Origin: Candidatus Anderseniibacteriota bacterium
GTDB taxonomy: Bacteria > Patescibacteriota > Andersenbacteria > UBA10190
Assembly (NCBI GenBank): GCA_016197005.1
Contig: JACPWO010000001.1
Location: 5,106 to 69,105, forward strand
DNA length: 64,000 nucleotides
Reading direction: 5' to 3'
Both the position numbers and the translations under genes were made by a program. Shown one piece after another: positions 27,622-37,758 of this stretch. Under the pieces are notes generated by a model. The model saw only the letters and a program-made list of their open reading frames with translations. It had not been told where the DNA came from and searched no databases. Every line of letters starts with the position of its first letter. Position 1 is the first letter of the stretch.

Positions 27622-29196
27622 ATGTTAGGGTTGCGCGCCAGACTCAGAGATCCTGGTTTTTGGATAGATTTTTTAGTCGTTGCTTTACTGGGGAACTTCG
27701 GAATTATTTTTCGGACAATGCTTGTGCAGAACCGAATGCGAATGCCGGCAGGAGACGCCTTTAATTTTATCAATGGTGCGACTGAGTTGCTGTATGGCAA
27801 GTATCCACCTCAAGAGAAACGGCCCCCATTTTTTTCCTTCCTGATAGCCATTCTGGACTCGTTTATTCAAGATCCTATCGATACTTCGCACATCATTATA
27901 GTAATTAGCGGAGTTTTGGGGATTATATTTATGTACTTTATTGGACGTTATTTTGGTGTTTACCGACCAGTCATGGCTGGATTTTCTTTTCTTGCTCTTT
28001 TTGACCCGCTTCTTGCCCTTTATGGAGTTCGTCCACTTTCGCAAGGGCTATTTTTTGCGTTACTGACGCTAACAGTACTCCTGGCCCTTCATATAAAAAC
28101 ATCCCGCTGGTACTTGGCTGCTATGGCTTTATCCTTTACGGCATTGGCGCTTACTCGGCAGGAAGGTGTTCTCATATCTGCGGTTGTTTGGGCTCTCCTG
28201 TTTTTAAAGTTACCGTGGAAGAAAGTACTTCTCGTCGCGCTAATGAGTTGCGTATTTGTAGCTCCTTGGTTTGTGGTGATTGCGCGCTCAACCGGCTCAC
28301 CTTTTAAATTTCCCGGCAGTGAAGCGTACGTAGAAGAATTCGCGAGCGGGGAGAGGGGAACAAAGGATCCTCGGGTAGTGTTGGCAGGGATTGCGGAAAT
28401 AAGTATGGAAACGTGGGCGATTGCCTGGAATTCTTCTGTTCTTGTTACTCCGGAAGGAGAGGAAAGTGCTGACAATACACCTGACGCGATTGCTGCGTTT
28501 TTGGTAGCGTTGTTGGCAATTATTGGGCTCGGCTGGATGACTGTTCGCCGCCCAAAAGATATGGCAATATTTTTTGCTGCTTTTGCTCTCATTGTAGTAA
28601 TTGCTGCCTGGTACCGGGCGTCGGGAAAATATGCGTCGCCATTTATCAGTACCTGGTACATTTGTGCCGCGGCCGGGCTTACCGCCGTCAGCGAAATAGT
28701 ACGGCGGCTTTACTCAGGGGCAGCCTTTAGCGGTCGCCTTGGAGCATATATTGCCACGATAGCTATCGTTTGGCCCCTGGCCCCCGCTCTCGCTATAAGT
28801 GGCACCAGCTATATCGTGTCAGAGAGAGGAATGAACTGGGCTCGGGTGCAAGCAGTCCGTTATGTGAGAACATTTGAAGCTCCCGTACTAATACCCGACT
28901 TTACCCTATTGAGCCGGTCATACTTTGGGAAAGTTGGCGAAAAAACCGAACCACCTCACCTGGGGATATATCTAATAAATGTTTCTGAGCAATCCGTGGA
29001 GGAACAGAGGACTTATATTATTTCGAAAGGAGCACAATACATTATTGACGATGGAACGGAAGGTATTTTGAAGCTCACGCAATACTTGCAAGAACGCAAA
29101 GAAATTACTTTAGAAAAACTATTTGTTTCGTATCTTGAGGGTGACCAGACGGGTCAACTTATATACGTCTATCGGTTTTCTCCGCGGTGGCGCTAG
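27622..29196 (+). CDS. GT-C-fold (PMT_2-like) membrane glycosyltransferase
   Basis: The start is moved to ATG 27622 (MLGLRARL…), which avoids overlap with the divergent gene. It is multi-TM and carries the FTALALTRQEGVL block shared with the 2448 protein. Confidence 0.55.
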   Translation: MLGLRARLRDPGFWIDFLVVALLGNFGIIFRTMLVQNRMRMPAGDAFNFINGATELLYGKYPPQEKRPPFFSFLIAILDSFIQDPIDTSHIIIVISGVLGIIFMYFIGRYFGVYRPVMAGFSFLALFDPLLALYGVRPLSQGLFFALLTLTVLLALHIKTSRWYLAAMALSFTALALTRQEGVLISAVVWALLFLKLPWKKVLLVALMSCVFVAPWFVVIARSTGSPFKFPGSEAYVEEFASGERGTKDPRVVLAGIAEISMETWAIAWNSSVLVTPEGEESADNTPDAIAAFLVALLAIIGLGWMTVRRPKDMAIFFAAFALIVVIAAWYRASGKYASPFISTWYICAAAGLTAVSEIVRRLYSGAAFSGRLGAYIATIAIVWPLAPALAISGTSYIVSERGMNWARVQAVRYVRTFEAPVLIPDFTLLSRSYFGKVGEKTEPPHLGIYLINVSEQSVEEQRTYIISKGAQYIIDDGTEGILKLTQYLQERKEITLEKLFVSYLEGDQTGQLIYVYRFSPRWR

Positions 29197-30391
29197 TGGC
29201 GTGCGCTTTAGGAACTCGTTTTCGTTTCTGAGTCTTTGTAGATACGAATTTTGGTAAAAACTTTTTATCAAAATCTGCAAAGGCTTGGATGATCCGGGTA
29301 AAATCCTCTTTTGTCAGATCTGGGTAAATAGGTAAGCTTAAAATCTCTTCGGCAACGCGATCAGTCACTGGTAGACTAACAGTGTAGGGTTCAAAGAGAG
29401 GATGTTTAGTTAAGGGCATGTAATGTACACCGGTACTAATGAGTCGATGAGCCAAAAACTGGCGGAGCGGCTCGCGCTCAGGAACACGGATGACGAAATT
29501 GTGCTGTGATGTAACGGAATCAGGTCGCAGCTGTAAAAGTTTTACCCAAGGGTATTTTTTTAATTCATTACGGTACGCACTCGCAATTTCACGACGTTTG
29601 GCATTGCCGGCTTCGAGCTTAGCCAATTGGATCAACCCCAATGCGGACGAAATGTCATTTGGGTGATATTTATATCCCACTTCTTTAATTTCGTAGTACC
29701 AATCGTATCGGGCATCATTTCGGTTTTCGCGAGCCCAGGTATCCTTATCGATACCTACCCAACGTAGTCGTTTCAACATAAGAGCCTCTTCCTCGCTACG
29801 TGGAATAATCATGCCGCCATCACCCATGGCTAGATTTTTTACGGCATGAAAGGAGTAACAAGTAAGATTGCCGTGAGTACCAATCCGTTTTCCTTGGTAA
29901 CTACTGCCACAAGCATGGGCGGCATCTTCAATAACTGGAATATTAGCCTCGGTAGCAATTGTCATAAGCCTTTCCATGTCAGCCGGGGTTCCACCGTAAT
30001 GGACTGGGATAATGGCCCGCGTTCTCATTGTTATTTTTTGCCGTACGTCTTCCGGATCTAGTGTTAAAGTATCCTCTTCAACATCGGCAAAAACAGGAGT
30101 CGCACCCACATATAACGGAGCGACCGCGGTTGCTGCGAACGTCATAGCGGGGACAATAACCTCATCGCCAGGTTTTAACCCCAAAGCAATACAAGCCAGG
30201 TGAAGCGCAGCGGTTCCGGAATTAAGTGAGACAACGTGGGGCACACCAATATAGTCGGCAAAAGCGCGTTCAAAAGCGGCAGTTTGTGGACCTAACCCGA
30301 TCCAGCCAGATTTTAGGACATCGGTAACAGCAGCAATTTCTTTGTCGTCAAATGATGGGCGAAAGACAGGGATAAGTGAGTGGTCAGACAT
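29159..30391 (-). CDS. DegT/DnrJ/EryC1/StrS-family PLP-dependent sugar aminotransferase
   Basis: FDDKEIAAV…SGW; PVHYGG; CYSFHAVKNLAMGDGGMI (the lysine site). A basic C-terminal tail (…KRKRVPKAH…) of about 35 aa. Confidence 0.75.
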   Translation of the reverse strand: MSDHSLIPVFRPSFDDKEIAAVTDVLKSGWIGLGPQTAAFERAFADYIGVPHVVSLNSGTAALHLACIALGLKPGDEVIVPAMTFAATAVAPLYVGATPVFADVEEDTLTLDPEDVRQKITMRTRAIIPVHYGGTPADMERLMTIATEANIPVIEDAAHACGSSYQGKRIGTHGNLTCYSFHAVKNLAMGDGGMIIPRSEEEALMLKRLRWVGIDKDTWARENRNDARYDWYYEIKEVGYKYHPNDISSALGLIQLAKLEAGNAKRREIASAYRNELKKYPWVKLLQLRPDSVTSQHNFVIRVPEREPLRQFLAHRLISTGVHYMPLTKHPLFEPYTVSLPVTDRVAEEILSLPIYPDLTKEDFTRIIQAFADFDKKFLPKFVSTKTQKRKRVPKAHATSATAEKTDRRI

Positions 30392-30400
30392 ACAGAAATA

Positions 30401-31612
30401 CTAAGCGAAATAATGGCGTTGAGCGAGTCGGTACGCCTTAGTCATACGAGTAGCCACTGCATCCCAAGAATAGTCAGCTACAGCTTTGCTACGCACCTGT
30501 TGGGAAAGTCGCTCTATCTCATCCGGACTCTTTAGGAGCCGAGCCATAGTATTTGCAAGTCCAGTAACATCACCAATTTCTTTTACGTATACGCCAAGAT
30601 CACCTAAGATATCGTGATTTACGACCGTATCAAAAGCAACCGTCGGCAGTCCGCAGGCCATGTAGTTATATATTTTGCCATTAGCTTCGGTTGCCGACCG
30701 CTTAGGAGAAACCGCGATATTGCCCAGGGCAAGGTAGCGCGGTGCTTCGTCGTAAGGGATTTTACCGGTGACTAATACACTTTTTTCAACGCCAAGTTCT
30801 TTCACTCGAGCTCGGTACTTATCTTCATTCGGATAACCCATAAGCAAAAGGAATGCATCGGGGACTTCTTTGATTACGGCGGGCCAGGCTGCTACCAAAT
30901 CATCAGTACCTTGATGCTCAGCAAGGCCACCTAAATACACAATGACTTTGGCATTTTCTGGGATACCTAATTGACGTTGAAGTGCTTTATCTGGCTCTTG
31001 CGGGATAAATGTATTGGTATTTACGCCATCATATGTGAGTACGACACGATCAGCTCCTACTTTAAAAAGATTTATGAGTTCATTTCGCATATCGGTGGAT
31101 TGAGTTACTACCATATCGGCCCGCTGATCAATCCATCGTTCAAAGCCATACCACAAATCCTGTAACCACTTGGCCTTGGCCAAACTAAATTTGTAAGATA
31201 AAAGTTCTCCGGTAAGACTACCTTGTAAATCAAACAATAATGGCGCTCGATAAAATTGCTGGACAAGCCAACCAATAACGCATCCTTCATGAAGATGACC
31301 GTGTATGACGTCAGGTTTAAACTCACGAGCTACCGCGTAGGCCTTGAAAGCCAAAAGCGGGTCCAAATAAAATTTATGCAGCGTTGGACCAGCTTCTAAT
31401 TTTGTGTACCAAGGGAAGAAACCAATACGATCAGTCTTTATGTAGGGAACATCTCGCCCCAAACCATACGTGACCAGGCGAACTTCATATCCTTGACGCT
31501 GGAGTGCCCAAATCTCCTCAGCAATCTGTACATGACAACCCCGGTCGGCAAAGAATGGTGTGGGAGCAATCATCAGAATACGACGTGGTTCGGCAAGAGC
31601 GGGTTTCGTCAT
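30401..31612 (-). CDS. GT4-family glycosyltransferase (GT-B fold)
   Basis: RILMIAPTPFFADRGCHVQ N-domain; C-domain E-x7-E region (…YNYMACGLPTVAFD). Confidence 0.7.
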   Translation of the reverse strand: MTKPALAEPRRILMIAPTPFFADRGCHVQIAEEIWALQRQGYEVRLVTYGLGRDVPYIKTDRIGFFPWYTKLEAGPTLHKFYLDPLLAFKAYAVAREFKPDVIHGHLHEGCVIGWLVQQFYRAPLLFDLQGSLTGELLSYKFSLAKAKWLQDLWYGFERWIDQRADMVVTQSTDMRNELINLFKVGADRVVLTYDGVNTNTFIPQEPDKALQRQLGIPENAKVIVYLGGLAEHQGTDDLVAAWPAVIKEVPDAFLLLMGYPNEDKYRARVKELGVEKSVLVTGKIPYDEAPRYLALGNIAVSPKRSATEANGKIYNYMACGLPTVAFDTVVNHDILGDLGVYVKEIGDVTGLANTMARLLKSPDEIERLSQQVRSKAVADYSWDAVATRMTKAYRLAQRHYFA

Positions 31613-31653
31613 ATTTCACATCGTATGGTACCTACGTGCTTCTCGTAAAGCAG

Positions 31654-32853
31654 CTATGAACTAGTAACAATATCTAAAATTGTTTTAATAATATGGCCTA
31701 CCTGTTTATCGGTAAGAGCAGGATAATTCGGCAAATTTACAAGCTCCCGCACAATTGTTGATCCGTTGGGAAATTTTTCTGGTGTGTCTTTGCGGTAGAG
31801 GGGTAGTTCGGGCACCAGATAATCAAATGTCACTCCTGATTCTATCCCAGCGGCACGCAGTTTTTCCCGCACTTGCAGTTTATCTCGGTTAGGAACACGA
31901 AGAGCATAGTGCGAGAGGTGGCTATTGTCGAAAATAGTCATGGGTATAAGCTCCTTGTGTCCTGAGAAGGCACGTGTGTACTGCTGCGAGATATGTTGTC
32001 GTCGGTGAAGAAATAGTTCGGTTCGCGGTAGTTGTCGCAGTCCAAGAGCAGCCTGAGAAGGAGAGAACTCTACCATAGCGTCGGAGGGAAACGTTCCTTC
32101 GTCAAGACTTCTGGTATCAAGTTGATGTCGCAGTAAGCGACTATACCGTAAACGATCTATAACTGAATACAGGTAGGGGCCAAAGGCACCAATAAGAGCG
32201 GCGAGTTGAAGCAAAAACACTATCCTCTCTCGGATGTTTGATGCACGGAGATTTTTGCTTTGCCATTCACGCAGTTTATTTACTAATTCGAAATCATCAG
32301 TTGCCACTACACCACCTCGAATTGTAGACAAGATTTTATTTGAACCAAGACTGTATACTGTCGCAACGGTCAGTTTAGGGTTTGGGCTTTTCCAGGCTGG
32401 GTGCATGCTGAGCGACGCATCCTCAATTACAACCATTGGTCGTGACAATTCGTTAAGTTCGTCCAAGACTAATCGGTTGCCATACATATGAGTAGGAACA
32501 ATAGCCGCAGTTCGGTCATCAACTTTTTCAAGAAGAGTGGATACTGGTGCATTAAAATCCTTAGCTCGTACATCAATAAAGTGTGACTTAAGGTGAGCAC
32601 GAGTAATAGCGTGAGCAACGACCGAACACGTATATGCTGGTAGTACGACAAACTGGCCTGGTGTCGTGGTTACTTCAAGGAGAGCCTGAATAGCTACTCG
32701 GCAGTATGGAAACGTAACGGCGAATGTGGTGCCAACTTTTCTTGCAAATGCCCGTTCAAACTTCCCTACAGCCGTCGGTGACGCAAATGCAGCCGATATA
32801 AAATCCAGCCCAGTATGTGAGGGACGATTTTTTGATATAAGGGTTTTCATCAC
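31654..32853 (-). CDS. DegT/DnrJ-like PLP-dependent aminotransferase (second copy, divergent)
   Basis: VVLPAYTCSVVAHAI…IVPTHMYG…VIEDASLSMH…YSLGSNKIL…GGVV follows the DegT block order, including the Lys. Confidence 0.55.
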   Translation of the reverse strand: MMKTLISKNRPSHTGLDFISAAFASPTAVGKFERAFARKVGTTFAVTFPYCRVAIQALLEVTTTPGQFVVLPAYTCSVVAHAITRAHLKSHFIDVRAKDFNAPVSTLLEKVDDRTAAIVPTHMYGNRLVLDELNELSRPMVVIEDASLSMHPAWKSPNPKLTVATVYSLGSNKILSTIRGGVVATDDFELVNKLREWQSKNLRASNIRERIVFLLQLAALIGAFGPYLYSVIDRLRYSRLLRHQLDTRSLDEGTFPSDAMVEFSPSQAALGLRQLPRTELFLHRRQHISQQYTRAFSGHKELIPMTIFDNSHLSHYALRVPNRDKLQVREKLRAAGIESGVTFDYLVPELPLYRKDTPEKFPNGSTIVRELVNLPNYPALTDKQVGHIIKTILDIVTSS

Positions 32854-33824
32854 TTATTCCGCTGCAGAATATATTCCGTTCGACCGCTTTTCTTAAAGAA
32901 TTTAGCCAGGGCCGCAATTGGCGTTAGTACTGCCAGTAGAAATGGATTCTTGATATCACAAAAGGGAACTAGGAATCGAGCATGATCAAGTGCCCAGTAA
33001 CGCAGACCCCAAATCCAGTTATTGGGATTAAGTTCATGCTCAACTTCTTTAACAGTAAACCCATATTTTTTCGCATACGCAGCCGTGGTTTGGGGTGTGA
33101 GGTAAATCATGTGTCTTGGAATTTCCCAACCATGCCAGTACCGCTTCAAAATAGCCGCTTCCCAGGAGTCATTGTTAGGAATTTGCAGTACAAAGTAACC
33201 ACCAGGACGAATAATACGAGCGAGTTTTTCAAAAGCTTTCGCGGGAGAAGGTAGATGATCGAGCGTATACTTCATAATGACGCAATCGTATAGAGTATCT
33301 TCAGGAAACGCCTCAAAGGATTCCACGCGAACATTAAGTTTTAAGACATTACGGGCGTATTCAATGCTGCCGGGATCAGTATCAATACCAGATAGTTCCC
33401 AGTCTCCAAGCGTTTTAAGCATCGCTAGGAACCCACCCCAGGAGCAGCCAACATCTACTATTTTTTCTTTCGGGCCGACGTACCTGAGAACTTTTAATGC
33501 TTTTCGGCGATCAAAAAATGCTTTTACTCGTGCCAGGCCACCCGTTACTTGGCGAGGGTTGAAAGGGTTGTAGTTCGGTGGATAATACACAAAAATATCC
33601 TGATCGGTTGGCCGGGGGTCAGGAAACATGACTCCGCAATTGTCACATATCGCTACGTTGAATGTATCAGGCCAATCCAGGTCATAGTCACGTATCTTTT
33701 CGATATAATAGTGCCGCTTGGTAGATCCGCAAAAGTCACAAGGAACATGGATAACCTGCACCGGTGAGTGAGCTGGGCTAGTTAAAGTGGATGAAGAGGA
33801 AGCGTTAATCAACATGTTCGGCAA
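32850..33824 (-). CDS. class I SAM-dependent methyltransferase with N-terminal Cys4 zinc-ribbon
   Basis: CDFCGS…CDNCGV, then VDVGCSWGGF, then FVLQIPN. Confidence 0.65.
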   Translation of the reverse strand: MPNMLINASSSSTLTSPAHSPVQVIHVPCDFCGSTKRHYYIEKIRDYDLDWPDTFNVAICDNCGVMFPDPRPTDQDIFVYYPPNYNPFNPRQVTGGLARVKAFFDRRKALKVLRYVGPKEKIVDVGCSWGGFLAMLKTLGDWELSGIDTDPGSIEYARNVLKLNVRVESFEAFPEDTLYDCVIMKYTLDHLPSPAKAFEKLARIIRPGGYFVLQIPNNDSWEAAILKRYWHGWEIPRHMIYLTPQTTAAYAKKYGFTVKEVEHELNPNNWIWGLRYWALDHARFLVPFCDIKNPFLLAVLTPIAALAKFFKKSGRTEYILQRNK

Positions 33825-34539
33825 TTACAAATAATATGCTGCCCTGATTTGTCCACGAAAACAAATCATCAATGAACAATCCAATATAGGCCAAACGAGA
33901 AGCGAGGCTGGCCGACGTTTTTTTGGTTTGGTTGTTCCAGAGTGTATCCTGATTTACCCAGGTCATCAGACGATACCAAATCCGATACAGGGGCCATCCC
34001 CAAGTTTTCATTACAACCGGTCGTAAATGAGCACTCTGGAGTAAAGCAGCCATATCTGTTCGCTCATACCGACGTTTGTTGCCAGCTTCTTTATCTTTTC
34101 GTGTCCAGTATTTCTTTCGATGAGGAGTAATAATAAAAAGTCGACCATCCTTCTCAAGCATTGCGGCCATATTCTTTATGGCCATAACATCGTCAGACAT
34201 TTCTTCAAGAGCGTTCGTACAAAAAATCATTGAGAATTTTTCCGGTAGGGAATCATTCTCAATATTCAGAAGTTGCCAACGGATTTCTGGAGAAAATCCA
34301 GACGCTTTATCTAGCGCAAGTTGGGATATGTCCGTTCCGGTCATCTCGTATGTAGTTGGAAGGGCTCGAAGTAGTTCCCCAGTCCCACACGCAATATCGA
34401 GTACTTTATTACCTGGTCCGTACGTCCGAACGAGTTTAAGGAAAATACGAAGTTTGTGGCGAAAGCTAGGACCACTCGCAAAAAGGGTGTTTTCTGGTCG
34501 CTTCCACAGAGTGTCCCAAGCTGATTTCACATTTGTCAT
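33805..34539 (-). CDS. class I SAM-dependent methyltransferase
   Basis: VLDIACGTGELL…IFCTNALEEM…DGRLFIITP. The start is taken at the internal Met (MTNVKSAWDTLW…) to remove the 76 nt overlap with the divergent 34614 gene. The 34689 start is possible instead. Confidence 0.6.
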   Translation of the reverse strand: MTNVKSAWDTLWKRPENTLFASGPSFRHKLRIFLKLVRTYGPGNKVLDIACGTGELLRALPTTYEMTGTDISQLALDKASGFSPEIRWQLLNIENDSLPEKFSMIFCTNALEEMSDDVMAIKNMAAMLEKDGRLFIITPHRKKYWTRKDKEAGNKRRYERTDMAALLQSAHLRPVVMKTWGWPLYRIWYRLMTWVNQDTLWNNQTKKTSASLASRLAYIGLFIDDLFSWTNQGSILFVIAEHVD

Positions 34540-34613
34540 GGGCTGCACTGTACCACAATATAGCCGTAGCTGCTGCATTGACGGACCGACGAACGTAATG
34601 AGAGAATTCTCGC

Positions 34614-36128
34614 ATGAGTCACGAAAAACTCGTCCTGCGAGTTGTTGTCCTAGCCGTATTCCTACCTCGTCTTCTTTTTCCTGACGCATTTACTCAATTA
34701 GATGAGCAGCGGTGGGTTTTTAGAGCTAATGACGCTATGGATGCATTTGTGACTGGAGATTTCTCTAACACTGGTTCACTTGGATATCCAGCTGTAACTC
34801 ACATGGCCACAATTGCCCCGGTTATCGTTATGTACCGCACCATCGCTGGACTTGAAGGTCACACAGATTCTTGGCCACTGGAACACCAACATTACGTAAT
34901 TGTGTGGGCTCGCCTAGTAATCGGTTTGGTGACGGGATTTATAAGTCTCCTGTTATATTATCTTCTCCGTAAATCACCCCTGTTTGATGGAAATAGTTGG
35001 ATGATTGGTGCCTTAACAATTGCGATTGCGAATGAACCCTGGTTACTCGGCATGAGTCGCATAATGATGATGGACGCCTATATTAGTTTTTTTATTATTC
35101 TGTCTCTTGTCGCTGGTCTTGTGTCTCGCTGGAGAAGCAATCACCAATTCCTTATTCTTTCCGGTGTGGCGTTTGGGCTCGCATTTATAACCAAGAGTAC
35201 CGCTTCATTTTTTGGACCCTTCCTGCTTATCCCGTTTATCGCTGGTTCACTTAGGGAGTCTAGTAAACGCATCGCGTGGTGGTGTGGAATAGGAGCTTTA
35301 ACGATTTTTGTTTTTTGGCCGGCTATGTGGGTGCATCCAATCGAGCGCATTGGTGAGTTGTTATTCTGGGACAGTACTCATGCGTTAGAATTGCGTGAAC
35401 CACTTTACTGGCCTGGATGGCACCCGCCTTTCGCTTTCCTAGTGTTAGCGGTACCGAGTTTCATCGGTCTTATTGCATATATTGGTCTACGCATGCATGA
35501 CTTCTATCGTCGACACCATGTTTCGGGAATGCTTTTAGGTGATCTCGCTTTCGGTATGGCACTCGCTTTTCAACTTATTATGGCCTACGTGGTAGCTGAT
35601 CGTTCTCGCTGGATTCTTCCAGCGATCGCGCTTTTTGCCATCCCGGGAGCAATCGGGCTGCTTCGGCTATTACGACTGTGGCTGGCTCCAAAAACAGCCG
35701 CACTCGTACTTATCGTCGCGTCTGTTATCACTGTCGTGTACTGGCATCCTTATCCAACATTAGCAGTGAATCCACTTTTTTATACTGAATCGGCTACATG
35801 GCAATTGGGAATGGGCGAGGGATCAAGACAAGTGGCTGAGTATCTAGCACAGTTACCACCCAATTCGTCGGTAGCAACTAAGATCCCGAGCCTCATTGAT
35901 CGTTACTTAACCTACTCACATGTCGAAGTTACTCGATTCCCTCAATCTAATGATTTTTCTGAATTGCCTGATAATACAACACATCTCGTTTTGCCCATGA
36001 GTAGGAATCGTATTTTGTTTGAGGAAAATATTGGCGACGTATACGAATGGATGGACGAGCACACCCCGGAATTCGTCGTTAATCTTCGTGGAATACCGTT
36101 ATACGGTATTTATGGCTACGAGCGTTAA
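34614..36128 (+). CDS. GT-C-fold glycosyltransferase (DE-motif) with conserved C-terminal domain family
   Basis: Loop-1 motif QLDEQRW; many TM helices; C-terminal GMGEGSRQ…HTPEFVVNLRGIPLYGIY, a divergent member of the shared domain. Confidence 0.6.
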   Translation: MSHEKLVLRVVVLAVFLPRLLFPDAFTQLDEQRWVFRANDAMDAFVTGDFSNTGSLGYPAVTHMATIAPVIVMYRTIAGLEGHTDSWPLEHQHYVIVWARLVIGLVTGFISLLLYYLLRKSPLFDGNSWMIGALTIAIANEPWLLGMSRIMMMDAYISFFIILSLVAGLVSRWRSNHQFLILSGVAFGLAFITKSTASFFGPFLLIPFIAGSLRESSKRIAWWCGIGALTIFVFWPAMWVHPIERIGELLFWDSTHALELREPLYWPGWHPPFAFLVLAVPSFIGLIAYIGLRMHDFYRRHHVSGMLLGDLAFGMALAFQLIMAYVVADRSRWILPAIALFAIPGAIGLLRLLRLWLAPKTAALVLIVASVITVVYWHPYPTLAVNPLFYTESATWQLGMGEGSRQVAEYLAQLPPNSSVATKIPSLIDRYLTYSHVEVTRFPQSNDFSELPDNTTHLVLPMSRNRILFEENIGDVYEWMDEHTPEFVVNLRGIPLYGIYGYER

Positions 36129-36631
36129 TCGCACTCAGTAGCTGTACCACCACAGACCCGGTATATCACGCGCTTATCGTCTGGAACCAGCTTAAAATCA
36201 AAGCCGGGCTCTTCCTTAATAACGTCGCCTTCAAGAATACTCTCTAGATAGTAACCGTGGGCCCCATCATCACGAATATCCGTAGCACAATATGTATATG
36301 TTCGACGTGATGATTCCCGAACATCGTGGGGAATAGCTTCTAGATAGCGAGCAGACAAGAGAGGGGATTGTTTGCCAAAAAACCAACTCTTTTTATCATG
36401 TGTAGTTGTGCAGAGTAGAAAGTTAGGCGCTGGAGTAGGATAAAAAACATTATCGTTTCCAAATTTCTCAATTGCTGCTCGCAGAGTAGTCAAATGTTCT
36501 TGTCGTAACGTGTCTCGAGTCTCCAGGCGCGCTTGTCGAACAGCGGGAACAAGAAAAATCCAAAAAAGAAAGGCCACCGTCACCAAAAATATAATCTCTT
36601 GTCTATTATCTTTATCCATAACAGTTGCCAT
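36125..36631 (-). CDS. pseudopilin-like small secreted protein, paralog of 15016..15534
   Basis: N-terminal hydrophobic helix, then AVRQARLETRDTLRQEHLTTLRAAIEKFGNDNVFYPTP (a GspG-like block), then SWFFGKQSP, IPHDVRES, YCATDIR and YRVCGGT. Its stop overlaps the stop of the convergent gene (TTAA). Confidence 0.5.
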   Translation of the reverse strand: MATVMDKDNRQEIIFLVTVAFLFWIFLVPAVRQARLETRDTLRQEHLTTLRAAIEKFGNDNVFYPTPAPNFLLCTTTHDKKSWFFGKQSPLLSARYLEAIPHDVRESSRRTYTYCATDIRDDGAHGYYLESILEGDVIKEEPGFDFKLVPDDKRVIYRVCGGTATECD

Positions 36632-37758
36632 TAGATGTTAGACGAGCTCCCATCGGTTACCCCGGGAGTTACTCGGTATGCCGCTTCATATCTTGCCGTA
36701 ATTGTTGGCCAATTAAATAACTTTGCTCGTTCCCGCCCTTTGTTGCCCAGCTCTTCTCGTAAAGTTTTGTTATTTATGAGCTTTAATACGGCCTCTCGAA
36801 TTTGTTGTGGATTATTTGGCTCAACTAGGAGGGCAGTATTCTCTACAACCTCAGGTAACGCACTAACATTCGTTGTAATAATAGCGAGGCCAGCACTCAT
36901 TGCTTCAAGTAGAACCACCCCAAACGACTCATTCTGAGACGTAAAGATAAAAATAGAAGAGGTTTCGTACAGATAATGGAGCTGATCATTTTGAACGAAG
37001 CCGGTAAAGTTCACACGAGGCTTTATATTCTCGGCCTGTTTCTTTAGTTGTGGTAAATATGGACCATCTCCAGCGACAATGATTTCCCAGTCCAGATCCA
37101 TATCTTTTATTGCCTCTAGAAAATATTGCACTCCCTTGCGCCGAAAGATACGACTAACAATAAGAATCTTGCGTTCTCGGATGGAAGGAGCAATCAGTTC
37201 CATCCGAAAGCCATTTGGGATAACGGTTACAGGAATATTCGCAAATGTTTGAATGTGATGCTTTAGATACTCTGAAGGCGCAATCAATGTATCAATGCTA
37301 CGGACAACTTTTCGCCACATAGGATGGAGTAATCGATGAAGAAAACGAAATCGGTCGGGATTGTATAACGGTATGTCGGAACCGTGAGCGGTTACTACTA
37401 ATGGCACTTTTGTTCGCCATTTCAGAACAGCACCGACAACGCCAGTCGGGAAAATGAAATGAGCGTGAATAAGGTCATACTTATGTTTCCTCATTCGTTG
37501 CAAACAGAACGGTATAGCTGAGGCAACGTATGTTGCCATTTCGTAGGGGTAACAAATTTCGTTTTTGCGACGCAAGGAAAGTACACGAAATATGTTAATT
37601 CCATCTACCACTTCAAATCGCTTAGTGCCCCGCGCATGCATCGTAACCACATCCACTACATGACCACGACGTACTAATTCGCGACACAGTTCAAAACTTA
37701 CAGGAGCACCGCCACCCCCAATAGGCGGAAACTCGTAATTCAGCATAAGTATTCTCAT
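36631..37758 (-). CDS. GT4-family glycosyltransferase
   Basis: MRILMLNYEFPPIGGGG…; C-domain …ESFGVVLLEAMSAGLAIITT. Confidence 0.7.
   Translation of the reverse strand: MRILMLNYEFPPIGGGGAPVSFELCRELVRRGHVVDVVTMHARGTKRFEVVDGINIFRVLSLRRKNEICYPYEMATYVASAIPFCLQRMRKHKYDLIHAHFIFPTGVVGAVLKWRTKVPLVVTAHGSDIPLYNPDRFRFLHRLLHPMWRKVVRSIDTLIAPSEYLKHHIQTFANIPVTVIPNGFRMELIAPSIRERKILIVSRIFRRKGVQYFLEAIKDMDLDWEIIVAGDGPYLPQLKKQAENIKPRVNFTGFVQNDQLHYLYETSSIFIFTSQNESFGVVLLEAMSAGLAIITTNVSALPEVVENTALLVEPNNPQQIREAVLKLINNKTLREELGNKGRERAKLFNWPTITARYEAAYRVTPGVTDGSSSNI

Noticed and set aside
34178-34684. 168 aa plus-strand ORF antisense to the methyltransferase 33805..34689
   Set aside because: Its composition is Ser/Arg-rich and shadow-like, and the opposite strand carries a clear SAM-methyltransferase motif set.
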